Origin: Macrostomum hystrix
Taxonomy: Eukaryota; Animalia; Platyhelminthes
NCBI GenBank assembly: GCA_950097015.1
Contig: CATNEN010000038.1
Location: 24,862,001 to 24,926,000, forward strand
DNA length: 64,000 bases
Direction of reading: 5' to 3'
Part shown: positions 1 to 13,041 of the stretch, in pieces
Layout of the letters: every line of letters begins with the position of its first letter
Position numbering within the stretch: the first letter of the stretch is position 1
The notes under the pieces: generated by a model
The model's database searches: none
What the model was told of the DNA's origin: nothing
Seen by the model: the letters and a program-made list of their open reading frames with translations, nothing else
Made by a program: the position numbers and the translations under genes

Positions 1-506
1 AGAGTGGGATCTTGTGAGAGTGGGATCTTGTGAGAGTGAGATCTTGTGAGAGTGGGATCTTGTGATAGTGGGATCTTGTGAGAGTGGGATCTTGTGAGAG
101 TAGGATCTTGTGAGAGTGGGATCTTGTGCGAGTGAGATCTTGTGAGAGTGGGATCTTGTGAGAGTGGGATCTTGTGAGAGTGAGATCTTGTGAGAGTGGG
201 ATCATGTGAGAGTGAGATCTTGTGATAGTGGGATCTTGTGAGAGTGGGATCTTGTGAGAGTGAGATCTTGTGAGAGTGGGATCGTGTGCGAGTGAGATCT
301 TGTGAGAGTGGGATCGTGTGCGAGTGAGATCTTGTGAGAGTGGGATCTTGTGAGAGTGGGATCTTGTGAGAGTGGGATCTTGTGAGAGTGGGATCTTGTG
401 AGAGTGAGATCTTGTGAGAGTGGGATCTTGTGAGAGTGGGATCTTGTGAGAGTGGGATCATGTGAGAGTGGGATCTTGTGAGAGTGAGATCTTGTGAAAG
501 TGGGAT
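1..506. repeat. Minisatellite, 16-bp unit AGAGTGGGATCTTGTG (truncated by window start)
   Basis: About 31 tandem copies read directly, with G/A variants. Confidence 0.97.
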
Positions 507-1124
507 TTTGTGCGAGTGGGTTCTCATTATAGTGGAATCAATTTTAAGAGTGGATCTTTCGGGAGATTGGAATATTATGGCAATTTTAGTCTAGTACGAG
601 TATTAAATGAGGATGCGTTTGAAACTGTGGGATCTGCACTTTTTTGTTTAAAAAATGCAGTATTGCTAATCTTGTTTAGTGAAACAGCATTGCAAATGGT
701 ATTTTGCAAGCATTTTATTGCTCTCTCATCAAGCTCTAACCGATGCCATTTGCCTATGCAATGCTTAGCCTATGTTATCACATTTCAAGCACTCAAATGT
801 CAAGGATACTTATACTACGGAGATGTCACAATTGCAGAATAAATTCATTGCTTATTTTATTGATACGTCGTAGTGATACCCAAACTTAAAGCCTTTATAG
901 TAAAGAGAGCATTCCACAGGTGCAGTGCTAATAATCAAGATAATATTCTAGACACGCGATTCTCGCATAAATTTTATTCTGAGCTGCCTTTTACGCACTG
1001 TATTAATAAGTTTTTTACTCTAATAGCATTCTGTCACTGCAGCTATGAAGACCTTATCCGACTTTAGCTCTCTAACATTATCTTGCTGTCATTATCTTTC
1101 TCATTTGTTGTTTAACTTCATTTT

Positions 1125-1980
1125 AACTTCAGTATCGCCATCTCACTCTCTTATCTCACTCTATTAACTCACTTCAGTATCGCTATCTCACTCTCTTATC
1201 TCACTCTCTTAACTCACTTCAGTATCGCCATCTCACTCTCTTATCTCACTCTCTTAACTCACTTCAGTATCGCCATCTCACTCTCTTATCTCACTCTATT
1301 AACTCACTTCAGTATCGCTATCTCACTCTCTTATCTCACTCTATTAACTCACTTCAGTATCGCTATCTCACTCTCTTATCTCACTCTCTTATCTCACTTT
1401 CTTATCTCACTCTCTTAACTCACTTCAGTATCGCCATCTCACTATCTTATCTCACTATCTTAACTCACTTTAGTATCGCCATCTCACTCTCTTATCTCAC
1501 TCTCTTAACTCACTTCAGTATCGCCATCTCACTCTCTTATCTCACTCTCTTAACTCACTTCAGTATCGCCATCTCACTCTCTTAACTCACTTCAGTATCG
1601 CCATCTCACTCTCTTATCTCACTTTAGTATTGCTATCTCACTCTCTTATCTTACTTCAGTATCGCTATCTCACTCTCTTAACTCACTTCAGTATCGCCAT
1701 CTCACTCTCTTATCTTACTCTCTTAACTCACTTCAGTATCGCTATCTCACTCTCTTATCTCACTTCAGTATCGCGATCTCACTCTCTTATCTCACTTCAG
1801 TATCGCTATCTCACTCTCTTATCTCACTTCAGTATCACTATCTCACTCTCTTATCTCACTTCAGTATCGCGATCTCACTCTCTTATCTCACTTCAGTATC
1901 GCTATCTCACTCTCTTATCTCACTTCAGTATCGCTATCTCACTCTCTTAACTCACTTCAGTATCACTATCTCACTTCACT
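1125..1980. repeat. Compound minisatellite, 32/45-bp units built from CTTCAGTATCGCTAT plus a 13-bp CTCACTCTCTTAT subunit
   Basis: CTTCAG recurs at 45-bp spacing (1172, 1217) and at 32-bp spacing (1763, 1795). Confidence 0.93.
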
Positions 1981-2524
1981 CTTTTATCTAACACCTCTAT
2001 TGCTTCATCCCCTCTCCGTCGCTGTGTGTCTCTGGGTATGAAATCATTTTTTAGCATTTAATAATTTCCTCCAGTCGATACTTGGGCTTACACAATCCTC
2101 TAGCTATTCCCCATTGGAGGGCAAGTGGCCCTCCATTCGATGGAAGCGATTTTTTGGAGCTGCATAGGGTGGGGCCGAAAAGCCTGGTACCTGCCGTCAT
2201 AAATACACGTTTACCCGCGAACACCCTTGCCAGTCTCCAAGGCTGTTCTAGCAAGAAGTTCAAAAGGCGCAAAAGTAACAGCTGGCCAGCCCATAGCGGG
2301 ACGACAAAAAATTGTGAGTTATCTTCCACAGAAGCCATCATTTAATTCGTTGACCGCTGCTGAACTGTTATCGTTCGGTTGCAGTCAAGCCCACCCTTTC
2401 TTCTTCGGAAAATAAATGGGAGCTAGGAACTGTCCCACGGGAAAAACCGACTACTCTAAAAATTAACTGTCATGACACATTTTTGGAGATAGCTTCAAAG
2501 TGCAGCAATTATGTTGCTATGCAG

Positions 2525-2886
2525 TAAGTATGTAAGTAAGTAAGTTTGTTCGTTATTCAGTTAGTTAGTCGTTTAGTGAGTTAGTTAGTTAGTTAGTCAG
2601 TCAGTTAGTTAGTTAGTCAGTCAGTTAGTCAGTCAGTTAGTTAGTTAGTTAGTCAGTCAGTTAGTCAGTTAGTTAGTTAGTTAGTTAGTTAGTCAGTCAG
2701 TTAGTTTGTTAGTCAGTCAGTTAGTTAGTCAGTCAGTCAGTTAGTCAGTCAGTTAGTTAGTTAGTCAGTCAGTTAGTTAGTCAGTTAGTTAGTTAGTCAG
2801 TCAGTTAGTTTGTTAGTCAGTCAGTTAGTTAGTCAGTCAGTCAGTTAGTCAGTCAGTTAGTTAGTTAGTCAGTCAGTTAGTTAGTC

Positions 2887-2924
<38 letters not shown>
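2525..2924. repeat. (GTTA/GTCA)n tetranucleotide microsatellite
   Basis: Read directly. Confidence 0.97.
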
Positions 2925-4360
2925 GGGCAGTACGCATTTTGCGTATAGTGCTTGCAGAGTGGTCACTGAATGGAATCACTATGGGGATGCATGCACTTTT
3001 GTTATTGTCAGCTGTGATTATTCCAGCGGGAGCCATGGTGCTTAATAAGTCGATGAGTTTCTGCTCCATGTCACGGCGTTTGCGTTGAGCAGCCGCCTTG
3101 TCGGTGTCACTCTCAGGACTGATGTACCACAGTCCCATGAAGCGTAAATCCTGGATGCTGTGACCTGGAGCGCAAAAATGCCTTGCAACTGGGGTGTCCT
3201 TGGTTAGTCTGATGTCGCTCAGGTGGGCCTTGAGTCGAGTCTTTAGAGCCCCACCTGTCTCACCTACATAAACGCAGCTGCCATCGCATGCTTTTCAAAG
3301 AATAGCGCAGACAGTGTTTCTTGAATCGCAGCGGACTTTTTGGCAGATTCTGTAGACCACTTTTCGTAGAATTGGAGCCTGGGCAGACCTGGCCGAATTG
3401 GCCGTGCTCCTTGCACAAGTCGCAGCCAGGGGTGTCACAGAATAGGAAACCAAACTCCCAAAGACAATCCGGATAGAAGCCTAACTGTCTGAGGGCAGAT
3501 TTTTTCGCGTCCCGAATCAGACGGACTGAATATCCCTGCTTCTTCAATATGCCCATCAGGTCGCTGCTGGCCTGGTCAAAGTCGGCTTTGAAAGTGCAGC
3601 GACGTGCATAGCGTAGGAACTGGGATTTCAAGATACCCTTAAAGGTGTGCTTCGGGTGGAATGAGTTTGGGTTCAAAAGTTGGCGAGGGTCAGTGGGCTT
3701 GAAGTAGATCGAGCAAGTCAGTTTTCTCTTATTGTCATGTGTAGTTAGGCCAACATAGCAGTCTAGGAAGTTAACTTTTTCTTTACTGTGTTGCATTGTG
3801 AGCCGGATATTGCTGTCAAATGTATTTAAGTGTCTGTGTTGTTCCAGTAGTTGGGACTCTGTACCAACAAAAACCATGAAGATGTCGTCAATGTAGCGTT
3901 TATACAACCGTGGCGTGAAGGGTGCAGATCTCAGGGCTCTGGATTCCCAGTCTGCCATAAAGATGTTCGCGTAGGAAGGCGCAAAAGCTTTCCCCATACT
4001 TGTGCCCTTGATTTGAAGATAACGCGTGTCGTCAAAAATAAAGTCATTTTGGTTAAGGTTGATGTCCAAGAGATCTAGTATTTGTTGATCTGGTCTCGAT
4101 TGTGGAGGGTAGATCTAAAATGCGTTTTTCACTGTCGCAATCCCTCTATCCGTTAGGATATTTGTGTAAAGTGATTCGACATCCATTGTGACAAGAAAAG
4201 CTTCTTCATCCACGGAAAGATCCAGGCCCTGGATCACTGCTTGGAAGTGATCGGTGTCTCGAACAAACGAGTCTTGCTCTTTTGCGATCGGTTTTAAGGA
4301 CGTATCAATTAGTTTGGCGCTCATATAACTTTCAGACTTGCAGTCGGAAACAATCGGTCG
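2925..4360 (-). mobile_element. Penelope-like retroelement fragment (RT + GIY-YIG endonuclease), truncated at both ends and pseudogenised
   Basis: Minus-strand translation gives RT motifs RPIVSDC, TMDVESLYTNI, QIKGTSMG..APSYANIFM, YKRYIDDIF, VNFLD, YFKPTD and SFHPKH. These are followed by a CxxxxCxxC linker and a GIY-YIG region NTVCAIL*KAC..VYVGETG..LKTRLKAH..VARHF..H..RRDMEQKLI..APAG. Defects: TAG at 4117-4115, a frameshift near 3361-3390 and TGA at 3297-3295. Confidence 0.93.
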
Positions 4361-5022
<662 letters not shown>

Positions 5023-6655
5023 TCCAGCTGATAAGTTCATTAATAATAGGCTACAATGTGGGTCGCTTTCCGCTCGGCAAGCATAGCACTCTAGCCGTGG
5101 TTTGCAGCAAATAAAGTTATTAGCATAGATTGAATGAGAGTTTCCTGCCGCGGTCACTACTAATTGCTGTGGATTTGAGTGGATTTAGTTGCGGGGCGGC
5201 CTACCGCCAGACCACGCCCCTTGGAGCGATTTCTACATCGACTTTGGCTGTAGCCAGGCCATCCAGGGAGCCAGGATTCAGGCATTTGCGACTAATAGGA
5301 GTCCTATTTATTTGCAGATAGGAAAATTTTCACCTACATCCTCATTGCTGCTAAGCCCAGTCAGTTGATGATTTTGCATCGAATCTGACAGCCACATGCT
5401 GGTGACAAAAATAGACTCAGATTGCGCAGTAACAATGGCCCGATTGTGCCAGTCTAGGCATTCATTCCTACCCAACAGATCGGAAAATTATCCACTTAGA
5501 TGGCTTTGCATGGGACTGCTGATGTGGGCACAGTTGAATGTGCCATTTGCGAAATCGGGCCCACATACCGCCTGAAAATCTTTTTTAAATTTACAATTTT
5601 GCTACTTCTTACAGCTTCATTTCAGACAGCTAATTATCTTCTGGCCCCACAGTCTCTTCCTGTAATTTTCTTCTCTTCCAGGAAAACTGAAAACAGCGCC
5701 AAGGCCTCTCTAAAGCTTAATCTGAGCAGGGGTTGCTCAGGAAGAAAGTAGCGGGAGAGACTGGCCCAGCTCATTGCAGCATTACTGATCCCTTCCCTCT
5801 CGTTTCTGTTCCGTCTTGAGTGATTTATCCTAGTGGGGATTGGGGATGCATGTCAAGATAAAGCTGGTGGGATTTAAACGCAAAAGAATAGTGACGCCGG
5901 GACAACGCCGCTCCCGACTTGCCAGATCCTCTGTTAAGCAAGAAATCTGCGACACCCCAGTGCTATTGTGTCCCTAATAGCAATAAAATACCTATTAGAG
6001 TCTCATTCTCCGCCACATTGTTCCCTATAGCTGTGTCCCACCGCTGCCACCACATTAAGCGGCGCGCAAGCCAAGAAAAGGAAATTCCTATTGCAAGTAT
6101 TTTCTAGCTGCATCAAAAATGGCCGAAAATAGAAGGAAATCGTCCAGTCACAGTTTGGGAAGATCTGCCAGTTTCCAAATCCCATCAGCGTCTTCAGCTA
6201 TTGATGCAGTGGAATGCGACGAAGTGGCCCGAGCCGCAACAACTGCGGGTACGCTAAGACACTGCACTATAAGAACTATAGATCTCGTTCTGTACCGAAG
6301 ATACATAGAAAAAATATAATTTCCGATTCTATTTTCGCTCATGGAGGTTTTAGGTCGTAGGTTACAGTCTCGGGTTTCCTTAACGAGAGGTCTGGAGTTC
6401 GATTCTCAAAACTGGCGAGGCAGTTTTTGGCATAAAGAAAAAAAGACTTAATTTCACTTAATTGGGCCGTGAAATATAGTAGTACCAGCGTCAGTTGTTG
6501 TATAAATTTTGACGGCTGCATTCACAGTACTGAACCTGCCAGTTATATAATGTCAATACATACTTTGTTAATTTATCTTCCAGTTTTATTCTACCAATTT
6601 AACAGAAGAAATCGACTGTGTCAGCCGTTTAAAGCAAGTCGCCAGATCAGCAACG

Positions 6656-9600
6656 ATGTCAGGCTTTCGCGTTGTATCCACCGGATTCCATCAAATGACT
6701 GGGGTGCTGCAGCAGCTGGGAGGCAGCGAAAGCGGCGCCGTTATCAACAGCGACACTACGGTGGCATCGTCGGCAAGTGCAACTTCGAGTCCTACGAATT
6801 CTGCAGCAGCGGCGGCGACTGCGGCTGCCTGCGCTGGTTGGATTACGCCTAAAAAGTACTGCCCTACGGATCAGAGTGAGTTAACTATGAGTCTTTGTGT
6901 TAGTTCTATGAGTCCTTGTATTAGTTCTATGAGTCCTTGTGTTAGTTCTATGAGTCCTTGTGTTAGTTCTATGAGTCCTTGTGTTAGTTCTATGAGTCCT
7001 TGTATTAGTTCTATGAGTCCTTGTATTAGTTCTATGAGTCCTTGTATTAGTTCTATGAGTCCTTGTATTAGTTCTATGAGTCCTTGTATTAGTTCTATGA
7101 GTCCTTGTATTAGTTCTATGAGTCCTTGTATTAGTTCTATGAGTCCTTGTATTAGTTCTATGAGTCCTTGTATTAGTTCTATGAGTCCTTGTATTAGTTC
7201 TATGAGTCCTTGTATTAGTTCTATGAGTCCTTGTATTAGTTCTATGAGTCCTTGTATTAGTTCTATGAGTCCTTGTATTAGTTCTATGAGTCCTTGTATT
7301 AGTTCTATGAGTCCTTGTATTAGTTCTATGAGTCCTTGTATTAGTTCTATGAGTCCTTGTATTAGTTCTATGAGTCCTTGTATTAGTTCTATGAGTCCTT
7401 GTATTAGTTCTATGAGTCCTTGTATTAGTTCTATGAGTCCTTGTATTAGTTCTATGAGTCCTTGTATTAGTTCTATGAGTCCTTGTATTAGTTCTATGAG
7501 TCCTTGTATTAGTTCTATGAGTCCTTGTATTAGTTCTATGAGTCCTTGTGTTAGTCCTATGAGTTCTTGTGTTAGTTCTATGAGCCCTTTTGTTAGTCCT
7601 ATGAGTTCTCGTGTTAGTTCTTTAATTGAATCCTTGTACTAGTTCTATGAGTCCTTGTGTTAGTTCTATGAGTCCTTGTGTTAGTTTTATGAGTCCTTGT
7701 GTTAGTTCTATGAGTCCTTGTATTAGTTCTATGAGTCCTTGTATTAGTTCTATGAGTCCTTGTATTAGTTCTATGAGTCCTTGTATTAGTTCTATGAGTC
7801 CTTGTATTAGTTCTATGAGTCCTTGTATTAGTTCTATGAGTCCTTGTATTAGTTCTATGAGTCCTTGTATTAGTTCTATGAGTCCTTGTATTAGTTCTAT
7901 GAGTCCTTGTATTAGTTCTATGAGTCCTTGTATTAGTTCTATGAGTCCTTGTATTAGTTCTATGAGTCCTTGTGTTAGTCCTATGAGTTCTTGTGTTAGT
8001 TCTATGAGCCCTTTTGTTAGTCCTATGAGTTCTCGTGTTAGTTCTTTAATTGAATCCTTGTACTAGTTCTATGTGTCCTTGTGTTAGTTCTATGAGTTCT
8101 CATGTTAGTTCTTTAATTGAATCCTTGTACTAGTTCTATGAGTCCTTGTGTTAGTTCTATGAGTTCTCGTGTTAGTTCTATGAGTTCTTGTGTTATTTCT
8201 AGGTGTCCATTGCCAGTTATTGATGTCCGCGTGTCAGTTCGAGATTTCCGTAGCCAGTTCTATATGCACGAGTATGTGTACAAGTTCTAGGTGTACAATT
8301 ACGCTGACAAGTAACCAACGTGCCTCACCCAGTGAAGTCCCGAGCTCTCGGCCAGCTAGACCCGGCCCTCTACCTGAATGAAGATGCCGAGGAGCACTAT
8401 GATCAAGGTCCCGGACATGTCGGCCGGCTCTGGTTTGTCCTGCGCTACACCCAGGACACGGAACAGCTGATTGTGTGCGTTAGAAAGGCGCGCAATTTGC
8501 GCCCCAGATTAGATCAGCTGTCAGGGGGCGGCAGCGGCGGCGGCTACTCGGGACAGGCTGGCGACTGCTGCATCAGGTATTGCGGGTCATAAATCATAGT
8601 TTTATGAGGCCAATTCAGACTATGATGAAAGTCTACTTCAAAAAATTAAACCAACTTAATTTTTGCAGGCTATCGCTAGAAAACGACGACCGCAGGGTGC
8701 TGACGACTTCTGTCAAGCGTCGAACTTCGAATCCTAACTTTGACGAGAAGTTCTGCTTTCAGGTGGCGCTTGAAGGCCTTGGTTTTTTGGGAGATTGAAT
8801 GGGGAATGGGGAGAGAGAGAATGCGGATGTGGAGGTTAATGGGGAGAGAGGAGAGTAAATGCGGAGAAAGTAGAGAGTAGAGATAGGAGAGGGGAGAGGG
8901 AGAGTAGAGAGGGGAGAGTAGAGAGGGGAGAAGAGAGGGGAGAGTAGAGAGGGGCGAGAGGAGAGTGGAGAGTTGCGAGGGGAGAGGGGAGGGGAGGGTA
9001 GAGAATGAATAAGGGATAATGGTTACAGTGTGGAGTTAAGAGTGGAGAGTAAAGACTTCAGAGCAACGCGTGCAGATTGTGATTGACATCATCGAATAAT
9101 GTTGAATCGAGAGCAGCCTCTATTTCGAACCCAACCACCCAGGTGCCGTCCAGCGCCCTGGAGACACAAACGCTTCGCCTGACAGCGTTGCAAATCGACC
9201 GACAGAAGCGACAGAAGGTCATTGGTCACGTGAGCTTCCCGCTGAGAGAGCTGCTGTCGCTGGATCGCGACTGTCGAATCTACCGCGACCTTGACTCCGA
9301 GGCTGCTGATGTGAGCTACGCGACTTTTTTTAGATTTTCCGAGGTTTTTTGCGCTTCTATGGGTTTAAAAAACTGACCATCTAATTGGGGCATTTTTCGC
9401 TTTTCGGACTTTTTTATTTGACCTTTCATACTGAGAAGGATAAGTAGAGGGGGAGGTAGCCTCAGCGGAGAGAGCGAACTCTAACTGACAATGATAAAGT
9501 TTGTGCAGATGTACACAGCTGTGTGTACTCATCGGTCGGAAAAGTATCGCCATCACCATAGACTATCACCAAAATTATTATAAAAACAATAATAATAATA

Positions 9601-12280
9601 ATTGCTGGAGGGCTACGGCCAATGGCGAATGATTTAGTGACACTAGACCCGCAGCCAGCGAGGAGGCAATTCTGCCCATTTCGCTGACTCCTGAGCACAC
9701 ACGCACACAGGTGTGTACATCTGCCCCGACTTTCTCATCGTCAGGCTGTTTACACTCTCAATGTGCCTTTCAAAGGCGCAAATTTCACGACAAACCTTCT
9801 CTCCTGTGCCCCAAATGAATGTGGGCTCGCCGCGGAATCGAACTCAGGGACCTCTCGTTCAGAGTGCGAGAGGTAAACGCGTTACTCACTCACTTAATCT
9901 AATTAGTTCTGTAATTGTATGTTTTTTTCTTTCGAATTTGCGTCCCTTAATTGGGGGATAATCTGAAGTAGTTTTTTTCCTACGAGCGATTTTAATGGGC
10001 TAAATTTTGAAATTTACGGCCTCTTAAAAGTTTTTTTTATACTCGGTAGTTTTTTATTACAAGATTAATAGCTATTTTGCATGGCTAAACAACCATTGCC
10101 TAGTGCAGTTTGTTGCTCATGTTTTTGCCGCTTCGTTGAAAGCTATTATTTTTTGCTAATCTTTTTGCAGGTGACCGAAAACCCGGAGGTGAAAATTAGT
10201 CTAACATTTCACGCTCAACTGGAACGGATAACAGTCGGACTGCACGATTGCCGTAATCTGCCAACCAAGGCTGACTCTGACGAACCAATAGGTAACGCTT
10301 GACAAAATCATCTAACACAGGGGTCGGCAAACTCCGGCCCGCGGGCCAGATGCGGCCCTCGAAGCTCCCAAATCCGGCCCGTTGCCCCTTCCAACACCTA
10401 TAGTATCCTGTCTCATCTCTCTCTCTCAATTGGAGATCGAGATTCTCATCTCTCCCATGTCTCATCTCTCCTGTCTTATCTCTCCCGTGTCTCATCTCTC
10501 CTGTCTTATCTCTCCCGTGTCTCATCTATCCCATGTCTAATCTCTCCTGTCTTATCTCTCCCGTGTCTCATCTCTCCCATGTCTCCTCTCTCCTGTCTTA
10601 TCTCTCCCATGTCTCATCTCTCCTGTCTTATCTCTCCCGTGTCTCATCTATCCCATGTCTAATCTCTCCTGTCTTATCTCTCCCGTGTCTCATCTCTCCC
10701 ATGTCTCCTCTCTCCTGTCTTATCTCTCCCATGTCTCATCTCTCCTGTCTTATCTCTCCCGTGTCTCATCTCTCCTGTCTTATCTCTCCCGTGTCTCATC
10801 TCTCCTGTCTAATCTCTCCCCTGTCTCATCTCTCCCCTGTCTCATTGTAACACACTAAAAGTGGGGAACGAACCTCGCGCTGGCAGACTGAGACCGGTTT
10901 CTGGCTTGTTTGCCTTTGTCAGTGGGCCATAGCCACACGCAGTCCTCTCCCACCACTCTCAGTGTGCACAGAAGTCTCTTTTAAGCTTGCCATTTTTATG
11001 GCGATACTTTTTTGTGTTATGTGAGAGTTTTGCAGCCAAGTCTGCTTTTCTACTGTTGTCAGTAGTCTGAATTGTATCTCTCACACTCATCTCCCCCATG
11101 TCTCATCTCTCCTGTCTTATCTCTCCTGTCTTATCTCTCCTGTCTTATCTCTCCTGTCTTATCTCTCCTGTCTTATTTCTCCTGTCTTATCTCTCCTGTC
11201 TTATATCTCCTGTCTTATCTCTCCTGTCTTATCTCTCCCGTGTCTCATCTCCCGCGTCTCATCTCTCCCGTGTCTCATCTCATCTGTATCTCATCTCCCC
11301 TGTCTTATCTATCATGTGACTTATGTCTCCCCTTTCTCATAAGTCACTGCGGCCCGCAGCCGTCTTTTTGGTTCTCTCCATGGCCCGCACGCTAATATGT
11401 TTGCCAACCCCTGACTAACACATTTTTTATTTAACACGTACTGATATGGCAGGCTAGCCAAGAGTGCACTGATTGCCTAATTGCAGAAGTTTACCTGCGA
11501 GTTTCCATGCACACGGGCCTGCAGGGCAAGGAGGTCAAATGCAAGAGGACCGACTGCAGCTCGCATGGCTTCAACGAGTCCTTAATATTCAATAAAGTCA
11601 CGGATATTAACCAGACGGTCATCAAAGTGGTCATGATGCTGAGAGGCGCCGGTATTGGAGCATTGTTTGGTGAGAATCCCTAAACCTTGTTTTTAGATAT
11701 CCAACTTAGTTATCTCTACAATATTTTTATTTTTATTTTTTATTATTACACCTACCCCAATCGGGTCAGATGTGCAGTCGACAGCACAGCCGCAGCTATT
11801 GTGCGGCGCAACTGAAGACTGCGTACAGCTGTTCAGTCCATGGACTGGGGGGACGCCACACCCACCCTCAATTATCCCAGCTGATGAGGGTACCCATATA
11901 ACAGCTGGGTGAACTGAAGCAATGCAGAGTTAAGTGTCTTGCTAAAGGACAAAAATTGTTCCAGTGGAGTCGGGAATCGAACCTTCAATTTGTGAGTCCG
12001 AATCTCTAGGCTACAAAGGCTCTTGTGCACTATTGTAGACTAATGAAGTATATTACTCGATTTTTTAAATTTTTTATACATGTCATACACTACTGTTAGT
12101 AGATTTGAGAGCACATTGAATTCTTTTGTAAATCCCACCACTGCAACCACTTCAGAGAAGCCGATCGGCAGTGTGATACTTGGCTCCGAACTGTTCGCCA
12201 AACGGAAAGAGCTGGAGCACTGGAGAGCGATGTCAGAGTGTCCCGAGCAGACAGTCACTCATTGGCATTCGATGGTGTGA
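6656..12280 (+). CDS. SYT15: Synaptotagmin-15-like tandem C2-domain protein (~391 aa, no obvious TM helix)
   Basis: Phase-consistent GT-AG exons: 6656-6875, 8312-8576, 8669-8762, 9143-9310, 10171-10291, 11487-11669, 12156-12280. Motifs: LGQLDPALY, GRLWFVLRY, TSVKRRTSNPNFDEKFCF (C2A), FNESLIF, and C-terminal FAKRKELEHW..VTHWH as in SYT15-type C2B. The exon 1-2 junction is the least certain. Confidence 0.82.
6888..8190. repeat. Intronic minisatellite, 21-bp unit TAGTTCTATGAGTCCTTGTAT
   Basis: About 60 copies starting ~12 nt after the exon 1 donor. Explains the SSMSPCI ORFs. Confidence 0.97.
8800..9050. repeat. GA-rich low-complexity intronic tract
   Basis: GGAGAGTAGAGAGG-like degenerate units. 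Confidence 0.8.
9600..9893 (-). mobile_element. tRNA-derived SINE family B
   Basis: On the minus strand: tRNA-like head with B-box GAGTTCGATTCC, body GGGCAGATGTACACACC..GGAGTCAGCGAAATGGGCAGAATTGCCTCCTCGCTGG and an (ATT)n tail. Homologous copies at 23530, 43205, 56395 and 61614. Confidence 0.8.
10318..11413. mobile_element. Non-autonomous hAT (Charlie-like) MITE with internal minisatellites
   Basis: TIRs CAGGGGTCGGCAAAC / GTTTGCCAACCCCTG, subterminal GGCCCG motifs and a degenerate TSD (ATCTAACA / ACTAACA). Internal CT-rich arrays at 10440-10845 and 11085-11310. Confidence 0.85.
11745..12015 (-). mobile_element. tRNA-derived SINE family A (CORE-like central domain)
   Basis: Reverse complement of the copies at 23735, 24752 and 61311. 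Confidence 0.85.
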
Positions 12281-12691
12281 CGGATCTTCTTGTTGTGTCG
12301 GCTGTGACAAACGATTTAGTCCAAAATTATATTAGCTAAGAGAACAAATACTCAATTTTATAATTACGAGTAAGAAGCAATAATTAAAAATCTTATTTAT
12401 TCTGTACGATTATACTGAAATAGTTATTTTTGACTGCATTACTGCAAGGGGGTTTTATTTTTAATTACAAGTACACTGTTTTGTTTTTTAATTATTCAAA
12501 GAAAAATGTGCAAATGATTTTATTTTATTGCTCTATTTTTGTTTTAATATAATAAATATCTCGGATAGCCTATAGGTCGTTATATATGTTAAAATAAATT
12601 GTGCAGTAATAACAGTTGATCAAAATAATTTCTGGCTCATTACATGAAATTTAGTACATTCGTTTATTTTCATCTATTTTGGAAATTTTTC

Positions 12692-13041
12692 TGGACCCTG
12701 TGTACATGGACCCTGTGTACATGGACCCTGTGTACATGGACCCTGTGTACATGGACCCTGTGTACATGGACCCTGTGTACATGGACCCTGTGTACATGGA
12801 CCCTGTGTACATGGACCCTGTGTACATGGGCCCTGTGTACATGGACCCTGTGTACATGGACCCTGTGTACATGGACCCTGTGTACATGGACCCTGTGTAC
12901 ATGGACCCTGTGTACATGGACCCTGTGTACATGGACCCTGTGTACATGGACCCTGTGTACATGGACCCTGTGTACATGGACCCTGTGTACATGGACCCTG
13001 TGTACATGGACCCTGTGTACATGGACCCTGTGTACATGGAC
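12692..13041. repeat. Minisatellite, 15-bp unit TGGACCCTGTGTACA
   Basis: About 23 near-perfect copies. Confidence 0.98.

Noticed and set aside
6888-8066. Long ORFs of SSMSPCI repeats, and similar ORFs at 12644, 16158, 17385, 21212, 36402, 38998, 50609, 52045, 60588 and 63141
   Set aside because: They are stop-free frames of tandem arrays lying inside introns or gene flanks, often open on both strands. No evidence of coding.
11881-11915. CTGATGA…GAAC hammerhead-like core (also CTGAGGA plus a hairpin at ~62116)
   Set aside because: No GAAA after stem II, stem geometry is wrong, and the core is not conserved among SINE copies.
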